A model generated the notes under the pieces. The model saw only the letters and a list, made by a program, of their open reading frames with translations, made no database searches and had not been told where the DNA came from. A stretch of DNA of 64,000 bases from Schizochytrium sp. TIO01 (lineage: Eukaryota; Protista; Bigyra: Labyrinthulomycetes), in the NCBI GenBank assembly GCA_004764695.1, contig SMSO01000014.1, positions 3,281,648 to 3,345,647 of the forward strand, read 5' to 3'. Below are positions 40,283-52,800 of the stretch, one piece after another (positions within the stretch are counted from its first letter, which is position 1; every line of letters starts with the position of its first letter). Both the position numbers and the translations under genes were made by a program.

Positions 40283-41707
40283 AAAACCTTGTACGACGTC
40301 CGAGTGGATCGTACAGATTCTGTGCCAAAGCTCGCCGAGGGTATGGTTGGACACTGCGGCGATGTCAACAGGCTGCTCCCAATCGAACGAAGGACCTACT
40401 GTGCAAGGACGTTTGCATCATGGTGGTGGCCTTTTCCTTGAATAAATGTAATTCCTCGTTTTTCCAGTGTTATTTTTTCTTTCATTCTTTCTTTCATTCT
40501 TTCTTTCATTCTTTCACTTCATTTCATCAAGAAAGAAAGAAGAAAGAAACAACGGCGAAGATAGATTCTTCTACCAATCCAATGGTGAGTCAGTCCTTGG
40601 AGCAAACTTCGTTTCGGGACGAGATGTTGAGGTGACTTGGAACTTGAGCTCAAGAAGGGTTGCATCAGAATCTCCGCGGCGCGAGTGCAGGCAAAGTATA
40701 GTTGGCTTCGCAGCCTACTGAATTATATTTATTTTAATTACAAGCTTACCCATACACCAGGGAGAGAGAGTCTGCGCTTTCTGCTTTCGGAGAATCTCGC
40801 CTCACTCGCCAGTCTTTCTTCGATTTTTGTGTGGAACATGATCAAATTCAGAGTCCGTAGCAGTAGAAGCAGCGGTGATTGTAAACCTCAGAACTGGGAA
40901 ATTGAAATTCAGAACTGGGTTGCAACTGCCATCCTCACTTTACTTCCTCCCTCCTTTTCTTGAAGAAGAAGTGCGAGTGCATCTATGCATGATGAATGAA
41001 AGGCCAAGCAAACAACTTCTTTTTATTTTATTTTATTTATTCTATTTATTTTTTTTGCAAATTTGTTTGCTTTTATTAGTTGAATCGAAGCGTTGAGGAA
41101 TTATGCCATCGGCCTTCGAGGCGACCTGGCTCTGCTTTGTGCAAGCCATGCCACGCAGGCCAACTCGCCGGCAATCCTGATCGCATTCCAACTCTTCTCC
41201 TTCTTCTTTTTCTGGTTCTCGTCTCGTCTCCCTCTTCTCAGAATTCCTTCGCTTAGATTGTAGCCGAAGAATCGAGGCACTTTTGACTACACATGGAAGG
41301 CCTTCGAGGGCGGCACACCGTGACACTTTGGCAGCGCCGCTTCCGGTGCCAAGAAGCCTTCAGTGTGGTACGGCATACTAAGTATGACCCGGCGATCATG
41401 CAAATTGAACATCAGTTTTAGTAGGTAGTAGCGCTAATGTGGTTGTTTTTGTTTGTTTGTTTGATTGATTGATTCATTGATTGATTGTTGTTTGATTGAT
41501 TGATTGATTATTTGTTTGTCTCAAAACGACAGCCGCCTAGACGCACAAAGACTCCCGATGTGCCAACTTTCAGCTAAATCGTAGGCAGTTTACATACCTC
41601 CACTTGAGTAGAAGAAGTACGTCTCTCATTCTTTTTCTCTCTGCTGTGTTGGTTGGCGAGAAGCAGGTTAGGCCTAGGTCCACTCCCAGCTCGCATGACA
41701 GAAAAGC

Positions 41708-41749
<42 letters not shown>

Positions 41750-42638
41750 TAACGAGAAAGGAACCAGCGCCATCGTTGCGCTCAGTCGCGAATAAGTTCA
41801 TTTATTTCTCTCTTGAACTCACTTAACAAATGAATATTGAGTGACAGTCAATCAATCAGTCAATCATCCGTCGCGCACTTCTTTTCTGCTGAGGTTCATC
41901 GTGATCGCTTGACTCTCTTCTTGCTTGCTTGCTTGCTTGCTCTCGTACTTACCCTATCTCAATCAGTCAGCCAATCAGCCGTGCGGGAAGGACCTCTTTC
42001 TTATTGGAAAGAGGCCGAACAAACAAAGTGTTGTTGCGGGCCCAGCTACACAGGTCGGCAGCCTGGCCGTCGTTCTGCATCGAAAGAGACCCAGCCAGCC
42101 AGGAATGCTGCTGCTAGTTTCTTGGCTTGGCTTGGCTTGGCTTGGCTTGGCTTGGCTTTGCAAAAGGAACCCAAGCTCCTCTGAGAAGCAAGAGCGCCTC
42201 TCCTTGTTCTAGCCTGCACCCTTTGCTTCTGTTGTACTGCACTGGAGCAGATACCTCAGCTACGTGGCGCGGCGGCGAGGAAGGGTATACATTGGTATTA
42301 CTTCACTCACTTGCGGCGCTGCGAGATCGAAAGGATGGGAAAAAACGGCGGAAGAAGCGAAGAAGAAGAAGAAGAAGGAGAAGAAGAAGAAGGCGCCGCT
42401 GGTGTGCTGTGCTATGCTTACTTAGTCTTGAGGATGCCGCCTCAGGCGCAAGAGTTTCGCTCACGGGCTGACTAAGGTCCGGGAAACAAGGTCCTCAGTC
42501 GGCTGGCGCATGCGTGGGTGCGGTGAGAAAACCATCTGCTCCGCTGCGTATTCTTGAGTCCCGCTTACTCTACTTCTACTTCTGTATCCAAGAAGTCGTC
42601 GTGGTGGTCGTCCTCGTCGTCGTTCGCGTCGTCGGAAG

Positions 42639-42685
<47 letters not shown>

Positions 42686-43139
42686 ACTTTTTGTTGGGAG
42701 GGAGGCGGCGGTGTCCTGTGTGCGCTTTTCTTCGGAACTCAAAACGTGCTTCCGTAAACGAACAATTGCGATTCCACAGAGAGCTGAGCCGTCGTCCGGA
42801 CGTTCTCCGCGAGGCACGAGTGGCCCACACACTCGGCCTCAGTCCTCGTTCAGACTAGGCTCGCTTGCTGTAGATGTTTCATTGTTGTTGAACTTATTGG
42901 TTCAAGGCTATCATACATTTATTCATTCATTCATTCATTCATTCATTCATTCATTCATTCATTCATTCATTCATTCATTTATTCATTCATTCATTCATTT
43001 AAACTAAAGGGGAGCAAAGTTGCAAAGTGGAATTAAGCGTCGCTGGAAACGAGGACGCAAACCTAAACCTGTCATAGTGAGTGAGTGAGTGAGTGAGTGA
43101 GTGAGTGAGTGAGTGAGTGAGGAGTGAGTGAGGAGTGAG
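41708..43139 (+). repeat. Microsatellite cluster: (AGCA)n 41708-41749, (CTTG)n ~41920-41941, (CTTGG)n 42121-42158, (AGA)n ~42351-42392, (CTTT)n 42639-42685, (ATTC)n 42921-42999, (AGTG)n 43076-43139
   Basis: Directly visible; seven arrays within 1.4 kb. Confidence 0.93.
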
Positions 43140-46100
43140 CGAAGGAATCAAAGAATCAGCCCATCGATGGGCAAAAGAGTCAATGAAACTGGGGATGAAA
43201 GAACCTGCAAGTCTTTCTCTGCCCATTTCAATGCTGAGAAGTGCGGTTTCTCCCTATCTTTCGTGGTGGCTGGCTTGCACAATTCATTCATTTATGCATT
43301 TGTTTCAAGGATCAGTGTCCTTCTTTTTCATTATTCTGAATTTACTTTGTTGTTTTTGTCATAATAAAATACTAAAAGGAACTGTCTGCATGTTCTTGAG
43401 CAGAATGATGAGTGGCAAGTGCTTTCTGCAGATTGTTAATCTCTGATATGGTAAAATGTGGGGGGCAAAGCTTCTATTGTGCCATCTTCCCGGGAAGTCT
43501 AAAAGTTTAAATCTAGAATCGACTTGTCGAAGCGTGCGAAAATACAAATTCGAGTAACATAATAAAGGTGACTTTTAAATATTAATTATATATATGTTTT
43601 TTAATACCTCTTATTGTTCCACCTGTTACAAGTTTAAAAGCTATTTTTTAAACTATCTACTTCAAAAGCTTTTTTCTTTTTATTCCTACAAATAACAGTT
43701 ATTCTTTCCTTTCTTCTCTGAAATTTATCAACGTCAGGACGAAACACTTAATTTTATATTTATGTTTTAGTTATTGTCTTTTCAATCCTAAAAGGAGTTG
43801 AAAGGATGTACTCCAATTTCTTCACTTCAAAAAGCCTTGCAATCATTCCATTTTGCTGAGCGGATGCAAGCATTCATTCATTCACTGGCCTAGTCTTTCC
43901 CTGACCCCCTGCTGGCCAATGTCTCAACCAAGGAAGAGCAACACCATTTCAGATGATAAATTCCTCCGAATGAATATTGAAGACCATATTGGCCGACCGT
44001 CCCAGCCGCCGCCGAGAGCGAACTAAAGCAGCCTTGTCTCATCAATCAATGAGGCAGCTCCAGCAAAATATGCGGAAAAGCGCGCGCCTTGGCAACAGTA
44101 CTCATTCCGTATTTCATCTGCATGATGATCATGATGTCGAAATGCCATATTGATCGACGAGTATCACAAACGATCTACAGATAGCTCAAAAGTTTAAAAA
44201 AATCATTCACTAGCGTGGCGCTTTCCGAGCGTCCTAAGCTGCTAATTGAATAGCTGCTTCCCTGCCAAGATGAACGACAGGAAATCAGGTAAACGTGTCC
44301 GTGTCACTTGAAACGGCGCAAGAAAGCGATGGCAGCGCGTAAGGTACCTTTCTATCTATATGCATGCGCCATTGATTAGTTTCATTTTCTTAAACGGTTC
44401 TAGGCATTTGTTTTCTTTTTTTAATAAAAATAAAATAAAACAAATGGATAAATTGTTAGTTATCTATTTAGGAACTTCAAAAGGCGCCCCGGGGCTTCTT
44501 ACAATTGTCTTTCACAGGCCAGCAGAGCGTAAAATAAAAATAGAACATAAGAGAAATTCGCTCGCTCGTTCGTATTTGGCTGTGCTGACCCGTTGAAAGC
44601 AACAAGTGTTTTAGCTCGTAGTCATTTTTATTCAACTTAATGTTATGTTTGGAAGGTTTGGTAGGCAATATGTTTTTTTGTCAACCATGAAAATTCCAAG
44701 AAGTCTTTGCCAAAGAAAGCACTTTTAAATCATATCGACAAACACATTTCTTTCATTTTATTTTTTTCAAAGTCGTTCATTTTATTTTATTTAAAAAACG
44801 GTTGTTTTAAACATATGATAAAGAAACTGATTGAAATAACACTTTATTCTTTATTTGAATTACAAGAATGAATTTTAATTTATTCTAACCTTTTCACTCA
44901 TTTTATTTCATTTTAATTAATTAATCAATTAAACAAATGAGATGATATTCGACATCAGGAACCCCGCCAGATAATTTGAAAAGATCAAGTACGTATATGC
45001 CAGCAAATGATTTAATCATTTCTTAATACTCTAAAATGATTGTCAAAATAAGCGAATAATGGCTTCTAGTTCTGTCATAGCATTCTTTAAAATATTAATG
45101 AAAAAATTGATAACCATAAAAGGAAACGAGGGGAACGTCAGAACTCATGGCAGGCTGCACAATCTAACACTTGCCGCATCGCATTGCTTAGTCGTAACAT
45201 TTGAAAAATCGTGCTACTCACCTGCTGGTTTTGAAAGTTGCTTTCATTAAAATTTTAGCTTCTTTGCTTACCCGCTTTCGATTTGCAACTAGAAGATAGT
45301 CAAACTAACGATATCCTCAATGACTTTCAGAAAAGCTTTTTCATATTCAGCCTGACCAGCGGCTCTGCTCCATTGATACATCAGTACTTTGTAATTAAAA
45401 TATATATATATAAATAACAGAAACCACTCTCCATCACCCCTCGCCTCTTGACCCAGTTTCTTGATATCTTCCACAATGATTAACATCTCACCATTTTACT
45501 CCTATCTTCAATGCGTCATTTGATGCCCCTTAAATCGTATCATTAATTTCAGAATAAATACTTCATTCATTCCAGCGATTCCCATTCACCAAATCCACGA
45601 CAAATATGCCCAAAAGAACCCTGGGTCGGATTTCGACTTCTCGGAAGGAGCTCAGAAACAAGCAAAGAGCTCGGTTCGGTCAACTCAGTCAGTCCAACTG
45701 AGCTAGACGTCGACACCTCCACCCACCCTCTCTCGGAAAATGCTTCCGCCGCGTGTTCCATGGAGGTTCACTTTCTTATAGCGTTGCAGTTGCCTGATCC
45801 TCGCCGCCCAAGGTCTGCAGCGATTTACAGCAACGAATCTGAATGGGCTCTGTCAATCAGGAATGTTCGAGTTGATGCCAATCACTCCGCTGTAGTTTCA
45901 TTTGCTGCTGGCCACAAACGCCAAACCCTAAAACTCTTCGTAGCTGCTGCTTCGGCACGGAGTAGATATTTCGTGATGCTAATTGAGTGATGTGCTCGCT
46001 CGCTTGCTTGCTTGTTTTGCTTGCTTGCTGGATTCCAGAGGATGGAAACTTGTCAATCTACCCATTGATCAAACAGCTTGTCGTCTGATGTCACTGCGTT

Positions 46101-49100
46101 TCTCTTTTTCGGAAAGGAACTTGGTGACTTGACTTTCACTCATGCGGGAATTTGAGAGGCCTCACTCAACACGCATGTCCAACGGTGGGAAAACGAATGA
46201 GTGAGCGAGTAGCTTTGAGACTCGAGAATGCTTGGCGTGACCTCAAGTAAATGATACATAGAATGAGCAGGTAATATGATGCACCATCACGACTTGTTTC
46301 TCTGTGTTTAGAAACTACGATTTATTATATTCTGCCGGATGTACACTTGCATCAGCTGTTCTGTAGATATGTAAATATGACTAGCGTTGTACGTTTCTTG
46401 GCCAGGCAAAAGCAGACAAAACCAGGTGAAACCGAGGAGAGGCCAAGCCACCTTCCTATTGGCATTTCCACTACGCTAATTGCACCTGTTCACGTTGCAC
46501 TCGCAAGCAAACCGTGCAGATTCAAGCGTTTGGCAGATCCCATTGAAAACATATTTGTGTGTATGTGCAGCTAACCAGTCACTTAATGCGAGAGAAACGA
46601 CTTGAACCCCACTTAAAGATTCGCAGAAAGTCTCCGCACGAGGGTCGCCAGCATTTCAAGCATCGTCTTGGAATCATTTCAGCCTGAAAGACGCCTGCAT
46701 GTCGTCAAGCAACCAACTTTCCCCATGATTACCCCAGGAGTGCAGTTGTTTAATTTTTTTAAGTGAGCGAAGCTCGAATGAATTCTCAAGCAAGAACCTC
46801 TTCAAAACGAAGGATCGTCTGTCTGGGGTTATTATTATATAGATGGATACTCTATTTGTTCACACTGGCGCCCAAGTCTTTCAATCAGCTAGGAGTAGCT
46901 TAAGCGCACCTATGGGCCTTCCGCAGTCCTACTAGCCGCCTCATTACCAAAACCTCCAGCACGGTGGGGCTCTCTTTCTTTCCATGCTGTATTTGCGAAC
47001 CTACACATACATAGCGAGGTAGCGCTTTTGCTGTGGTACCTAGAGCTTTGAAAATGTGCCAACTTGAGAAAGCAATAGCATCTGGCCGAACTGCGGCGGC
47101 TTCCCGCGCGAAGAGGCTAGCAGCTTTGAGCTCGACCGAGGAGCACAATACTAGCTTGGCAGCGGAATAAGCTAATGAGGGCAAACGGAATCGTTCGATG
47201 GCTCTCCTGCGTAAGCTATTCCAAACGCTTGTCTTGTCTTGTCGTGTCTTGTCGTGTCGTGTCTTGTTTTTCCCTTCCTTGCCTCGATCGTAATCAATTC
47301 ACTCATTCGTTCATTTGTTGATCCATTCACTCAATCAATCAACAGTCGCTTATCCGTGAAACATCCCTCTCCTCAACCCCGCACCGAAAGCAGCCGATCA
47401 TTCGCAGACACTCGAAACGTGCTGCGGGCGGCTGGCTGGCTGGCTGCGGCTTCGATGGACTGGCTGTGACTCGGGGAAAACATCGAAAAGAGGCTGCTGG
47501 ACAGGGGTTGCACACACCCAGAGCTCAAAAGTTGCACACAACAGGAGGTCTTTTCCCGACTCCTGAGAGCTAAGTTACGGTCCTCAGCACCGCCAAACAA
47601 GAGCGAGCAGCAGTTCCTCCTTCTTTCCTTCCTTCCTTCCTGCCTTCCTTTCCTCCTTGCGAGGAAATAACGGAGAAAGCGGAGACCGCCAAGACTGCTG
47701 CTGCCGATGAAACGGTGAAGCAGCACGGCGCATTGGAGCACCCAGTACGCATGCCGTTCGGAATGAGGACGAGTCGATCCGAGTCTTACGTACGACCCAA
47801 TCATGCGGAGTGGAATTACTATTTATTTGCGATCTTATCTTCTCTTCTCTTGTTTCTTTTGGAAAGCTTCTTAGTTGTCTTTCCCACGGTTGGCTCCTTG
47901 CTAGGTACTACGCTACTCGTGCATAGTAGGGGGTACTTAGTATTCTAAACGTTTTCAGTTTGAACAAAAGCTTCTGTAAACGAACCCGGGGAGAATGAAC
48001 CCGGCGCCGGGCGGACTTTCTAAAGGCACCGCAGAGATACTTCGATGGCGGCGGCATCGGAACATGTGCTGCGCTCCTTAGAGCAACCCGGCTCGACAAG
48101 GGCAACGACGTTGTTTGGTTTCAAGTCGAAAATTCTGGTGTAAAGCCAAGCCTAGGTGCATTTTCGTGAGTTGATTATTCTTCAAGTTAATTTAATTTAA
48201 TTTTCTCTTCTTTTAATTAATAATGTTGAAACGTTTTCTTTCCCGACCATCCATGAAACAAATGATACTTGGGATGGCAGGCTAAGACGGCCATGAGCGT
48301 GATTCTCAGTGAGGCCATTCATTGTGGATACAACCACACTCGCAGACTGGCTCGCCATCAACCAACTGCCTCTTGGCGCTTTCCCGCTTCGTGCGGGGCT
48401 CCGGGGGCGTTTGGCGTGGCGTTTTCGACTCGTACTAAAGAAGGTGGGATTCTGCTCAAGTTCCGAAGAAGGAGAAGAACTGACCGCAGAGGCTATGGAC
48501 TTAGTTTGTGAGATACACTCGCACTCACTCCTCCTGACTCGAAAGAAAACGACGAAGCGTCCCAAGACTAACCACGGCAGAAATGCTGTGTTGCTTCTTG
48601 CTCAGCTTAGGTCCTGAGCTAACGTGGAAGAGCGTTGGATCAAGGAGACACCCCCGTGAGTGAGTGAGGAGTGACCCAGAGCAGTCCACAACGATTATGC
48701 GAACCAGCACGGAGTTCTGAAAGGTGCCTTCATTGTGCCATCTCTTTCTTTAAAGACGCTGGTTGATCTGATCGATTAATTGATCGATCAATTGTTTTAA
48801 GCGTGAAAATAGAACTTTTAGCTACTTTCTTGCGTTTGGAGGCATTTTGATTTTCCAAAGAGTAGGTCTCTCTACCTATGCGCCATTCAGGTTCAAAAGC
48901 TGAGTAGGTTCAGGTTCATTCAATCGACCGTGATGATAAGGTAGGACTACTGCTTACGAAAGGGAAAGGGGGATGTATAATAAATAACATGCGTGACTGT
49001 TCCGCAAGGTAGTAGGTATCACAGACTGGCAAATGCTAGTTGTTGAGTAACTCGCGATAGCTATCGTAGGTAAGTACTGGTTTCCTATTTGCTGATTTTA

Positions 49101-49772
49101 AGATTTCTGAATACGGTAGGTTTGCTTGTTTTAGGCTGTTTAATCGAACGTTGCTTATGTAGCAGGGGTGAGGCTGATAAGTTTTGTCAATGTCATTATG
49201 TTTTGACTGTTTCGAGTTTATTAGGGATTAAAATTGCAGACAAGCCATCCATCCATACGTTCAGTCATCAGCTCTTTTGATCGATATGTTTGTTTTGCTT
49301 ATCATACTAAACTTTGACAACATTTCTGAAAAAGAAAAGCAAGAAGTTGGTGCATAGCAGTCTTTTGAGATCAAGCGAGACAGATCAACTTAGTATGCTA
49401 GGGTCGCACAAGCGGACTAGGTAGGTAAATTTGGAGCTGGCAAGCATCCCGAGTGAGTTGATGCACCCATCGGCCACATCGCAGATTTAATGACGTTTGC
49501 CACTGAATGGAGACGAACAAGAAAAGAAGAAAAGGGCAGGAACCATGATGCGTGCGAATACTTGAAAATTCGCTGGTACCTGCCTAAGTTAGCTTTTCCC
49601 TTTCCTTTTCTTTCCTTTTATTTATTAATTTTAATATGTAATATTTAATATTTTTTTAATTACTGTTTATCATTCGAATTTAGTAGGCGCGAAGTTTATG
49701 TTACTATTTGTCTGTTTATTTTTGGATATAGGTTAGATCATCAATCAATCAATCAATTTAAGATCAAACGAG

Positions 49773-49956
49773 TGAATGAATGAATGAATGAATGAATGAA
49801 TGAATGAATGAATGAATGAATGAATGAATGAATGAATGAATGAATGAATGAATGAATGAATGAATGAATGAATGAATGAATGAATGAATGAATGAATGAA
49901 TGAATGAATGAATGAATGAATGAATGAATGAATGAATGAATGAATGAATGAATGAA
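49773..49956 (+). repeat. (TGAA)46 perfect microsatellite, the longest in the window
   Basis: 184 bp uninterrupted. Confidence 0.98.
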
Positions 49957-52639
49957 CGAGAGTAGTTCGTCGCTCTTCTCTGCATACCAACCATTGAACT
50001 GTTTTCAATTCATTCACACTGCCAGTCAGGTCTTGGGACGGAGGAAGACTTCGGTCAGGATTCTTTGACCACTTGAGGAATACAAGGCCGCGATGGTCCG
50101 GCGTGCACAAGTGATGACTTTCTTTCTCCCTCGAGTCCAAGCTGCTCTTGGTCTCACCTCTTTCCTCCTCCTGCCAGGCCGGAACTTCAAAGGGGAAATA
50201 TTACACTACACAAACTTTTGTACCATCATAGTCAGACAGGCATTGAGCTAGCTGCCATCCCCAAGAGGCCCTCGGCTCCCAGCCCTTACGTGAATCCCGG
50301 CGCAGTACCGACGAGCGACTGCAGCCCTACTAGTGTGGTTCGAGATCGATCTACCTGAGAGATTGACAAGATCGAATGTCAACATTCATCGATTGGTCAG
50401 TCGAGTTGAAGGCCCACTCGAGTCAGCGGTTGGTTTGTTTTGGCGCTTGGTTGGTGGCTGACTTTGTTTGTTTGTTTGTTTGTCTGTCTGTCTGTCTGTC
50501 TATCAATTAGCTCAAGTTAGAGGTATCTTTGCGTTCGTCCAAAGTTCGTGGTTTCTATCCTACACTCAGCGGCGATCTGGCGGAAGATCTTGAAGCTGGG
50601 GATGTTGTAATAGAAGCTGCTACTAGCTATAGCCTCGTTTGTTTCGTGGAGTGCCGTCCAAAGGAGCGGCTCCGCCGTTGTGTGGTACAAAGAGGGACGA
50701 CCTTCACGTAGGCCAAGTCTTTCCCGAGTCTGCAGGCGACGCACGCACGCGTGTTCGAGGGATGAGCACAATTCAGAATGGATAATGCGGATGAAGGAGC
50801 GATGCAAGAAAATGCGCCAACGCCAGCGGAGGCCCTGCTTCGATTGCTGCTTTTTTCCTTCTTCATTTGTTTAATTAATTGTTAAAAACAGGTATCAATA
50901 TATTTTTTGTGTTCATTTACAGTAGGAAAGCACCGCCCTACGACCAACAGTTGATCTGTGAGTGAGTTGGTTATTTCTTCATTATTGTTGCTCCCTTCCT
51001 ATTCTGCAGCCGCGGACGCGAGACGTTGTCCAGTCTGCCAGGCTCGAACTTGGCTTCTGGGAATGGGTGCCAGGCCACACAAAAGGAGTGCCAATAGGGA
51101 CGTCTGGAGCACAATAGAAAAACAAAAAAGATTGAAAGAAGAGAAAGGCGAACGACGAGCTGAAGGCGGCCACGAGATGTTCAATTTGCACTACTTTTTT
51201 GGCCTGAAGGGGGCGGCGGTTTGCGCAGCTCCGGCATCTTGATGGCTTTTTCCGCAAGCTGAGCTGTCTCTGGAACAAGAATTCACGAGGTAGTTGTACT
51301 TCCTGTTGGCTCCGATTGTTCCACCAATAACTTGATAACAGGTTGAGTGGCGACAACAAATAAAGGCGCAATCGCCAAGCAAAGACACCGCATCATGCCA
51401 ATTATTTATGGCGCATGTCAACTTTGCTCACATAGTTAGTCAGGTCTTTCAGATCGTTTGATAGTTCCTTTTATTTTTCTTATTTTTTATCTGTTTTTCG
51501 TGGGGGGAAGAAAAAGTCACAATCGCTTACTTACCTGTGAACACTTTTTTCCTTTTTCATATTTCTATTTTTCTATAGTAGCCAGCTACTCATTCTCAGT
51601 GCGAAGGAATCCCGGGACTCTCTCTTTCCGTCCCCCTCACTCTTTTCGAAATAAAGATATATAAATATAAACCGATTAGATAGAAACCCTTTAAAGTAAT
51701 TGTACACCTTCTGCTTTGCGCACAGCCTTTCGACGATGTAGTTGAACGAGTTGTTCTGCTTGGCTTGGCGAGAAGCATCTCAACTTTCTGGTGGTATCAC
51801 AGTCATTCCATCTGCTTATTGCAGAGAGGATCATCGGTTGATCCCAACTTGTAATAGTCTTTCTTATTTTAAAATAAAGCGCGGAATCTTCGAGGTTTCT
51901 GACAAAGAAAGAGGTCCCTAAGAAGCGCTCACTCACTCGTCAACTCACTTACTCGCTCACATGGTAAATCACGGTGGTATGCGGGCGGCCAAGAGAGCAC
52001 TCAGATTGACACCTCGCTGGCGTAAGGCCTGGGAGGAAATGACCAACAGCACATGCACTTCTCTTCCCTGGATATATTGCCGCCGCCTGTTCCCAGACGC
52101 AAACAACAAAGAAAACCACTCCCGGCGGCTCCTCCAAATTAGCGAGCTTTAGATGGCTTCGCCTGAATTGAAAAGGTCTTTCTTACGCGTCGCAATGAGA
52201 CAGCCTGCTCTTGCCAAAGTCCCGAACATTACGCAAAGTGGCGCCACTGTAGACAAGTGGCGCCTCCATCTGATGTGCAGGGTAGAGGAGAAGGTGTAAC
52301 CCCTACCGTGGCACTCATCTCATATTGGCTTGAGCGCTTCAACTCCTGAGGAAGCCCGGGTGAAGATGACAATGCGTCCGTCCGCGACAGGAGCACTTTC
52401 CTCAAGATCGGTCAGTAGATTTTCTAACGCTGCCCATGCGAACTGTCGGAGTGACCCGGTTTGATTGAGCCCTAATTTTTTAAGTCTTTAGCATGAAACA
52501 GACGCTTACATAGGAAGGAAGGAAGTCATGGCATCTGGAGCCACTCGCAAAAGGACAGAAGAACAACAGGCAGCCTGAAGATACTCGTCTCTGGGCTAGA
52601 ACCAATATCTGGTTCGTCTCCGATCGAATTAATGTGAAC

Positions 52640-52800
52640 AACAGGCTGTTGGGCTAAAACAGATACCCCAGCTTGCCAGCTAGTCCCAGTTCTTGCCCGA
52701 AGATTACAAGGAGACCTTGCGCGGAACGAATTTGAAGTGGAAATGAGCGAGGGTTTAAGATTACTGAAAGAAGAATAAGGCGTCATATTGCAATGCAAGA
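52640..52800 (+). mobile_element. hAT transposase C-terminal dimerisation-domain relic
   Basis: One frame from 52661 reads RYPSL-(16 aa)-ERI*S-(7 aa)-ITERRIR, close to the canonical spacing of yPxL...cERxW/FS...ixtxrRxR. A Trp codon lies just upstream in an adjacent frame. Confidence 0.4.

Noticed and set aside
45290-45660. Protein-like minus-strand stretch WSRAAGQAEYEKAFLKVIEDI, vaguely MULE-like
   Set aside because: Single weak motif, interrupted by an AT patch; not assignable.
50517-50720. hAT dimerisation-like strings (YPTLSGDLA...AATS on plus; PLLW...FRQIA on minus)
   Set aside because: Similar-quality matches on both strands show how cheaply this motif arises; the same applies to a candidate near 13100-13210.
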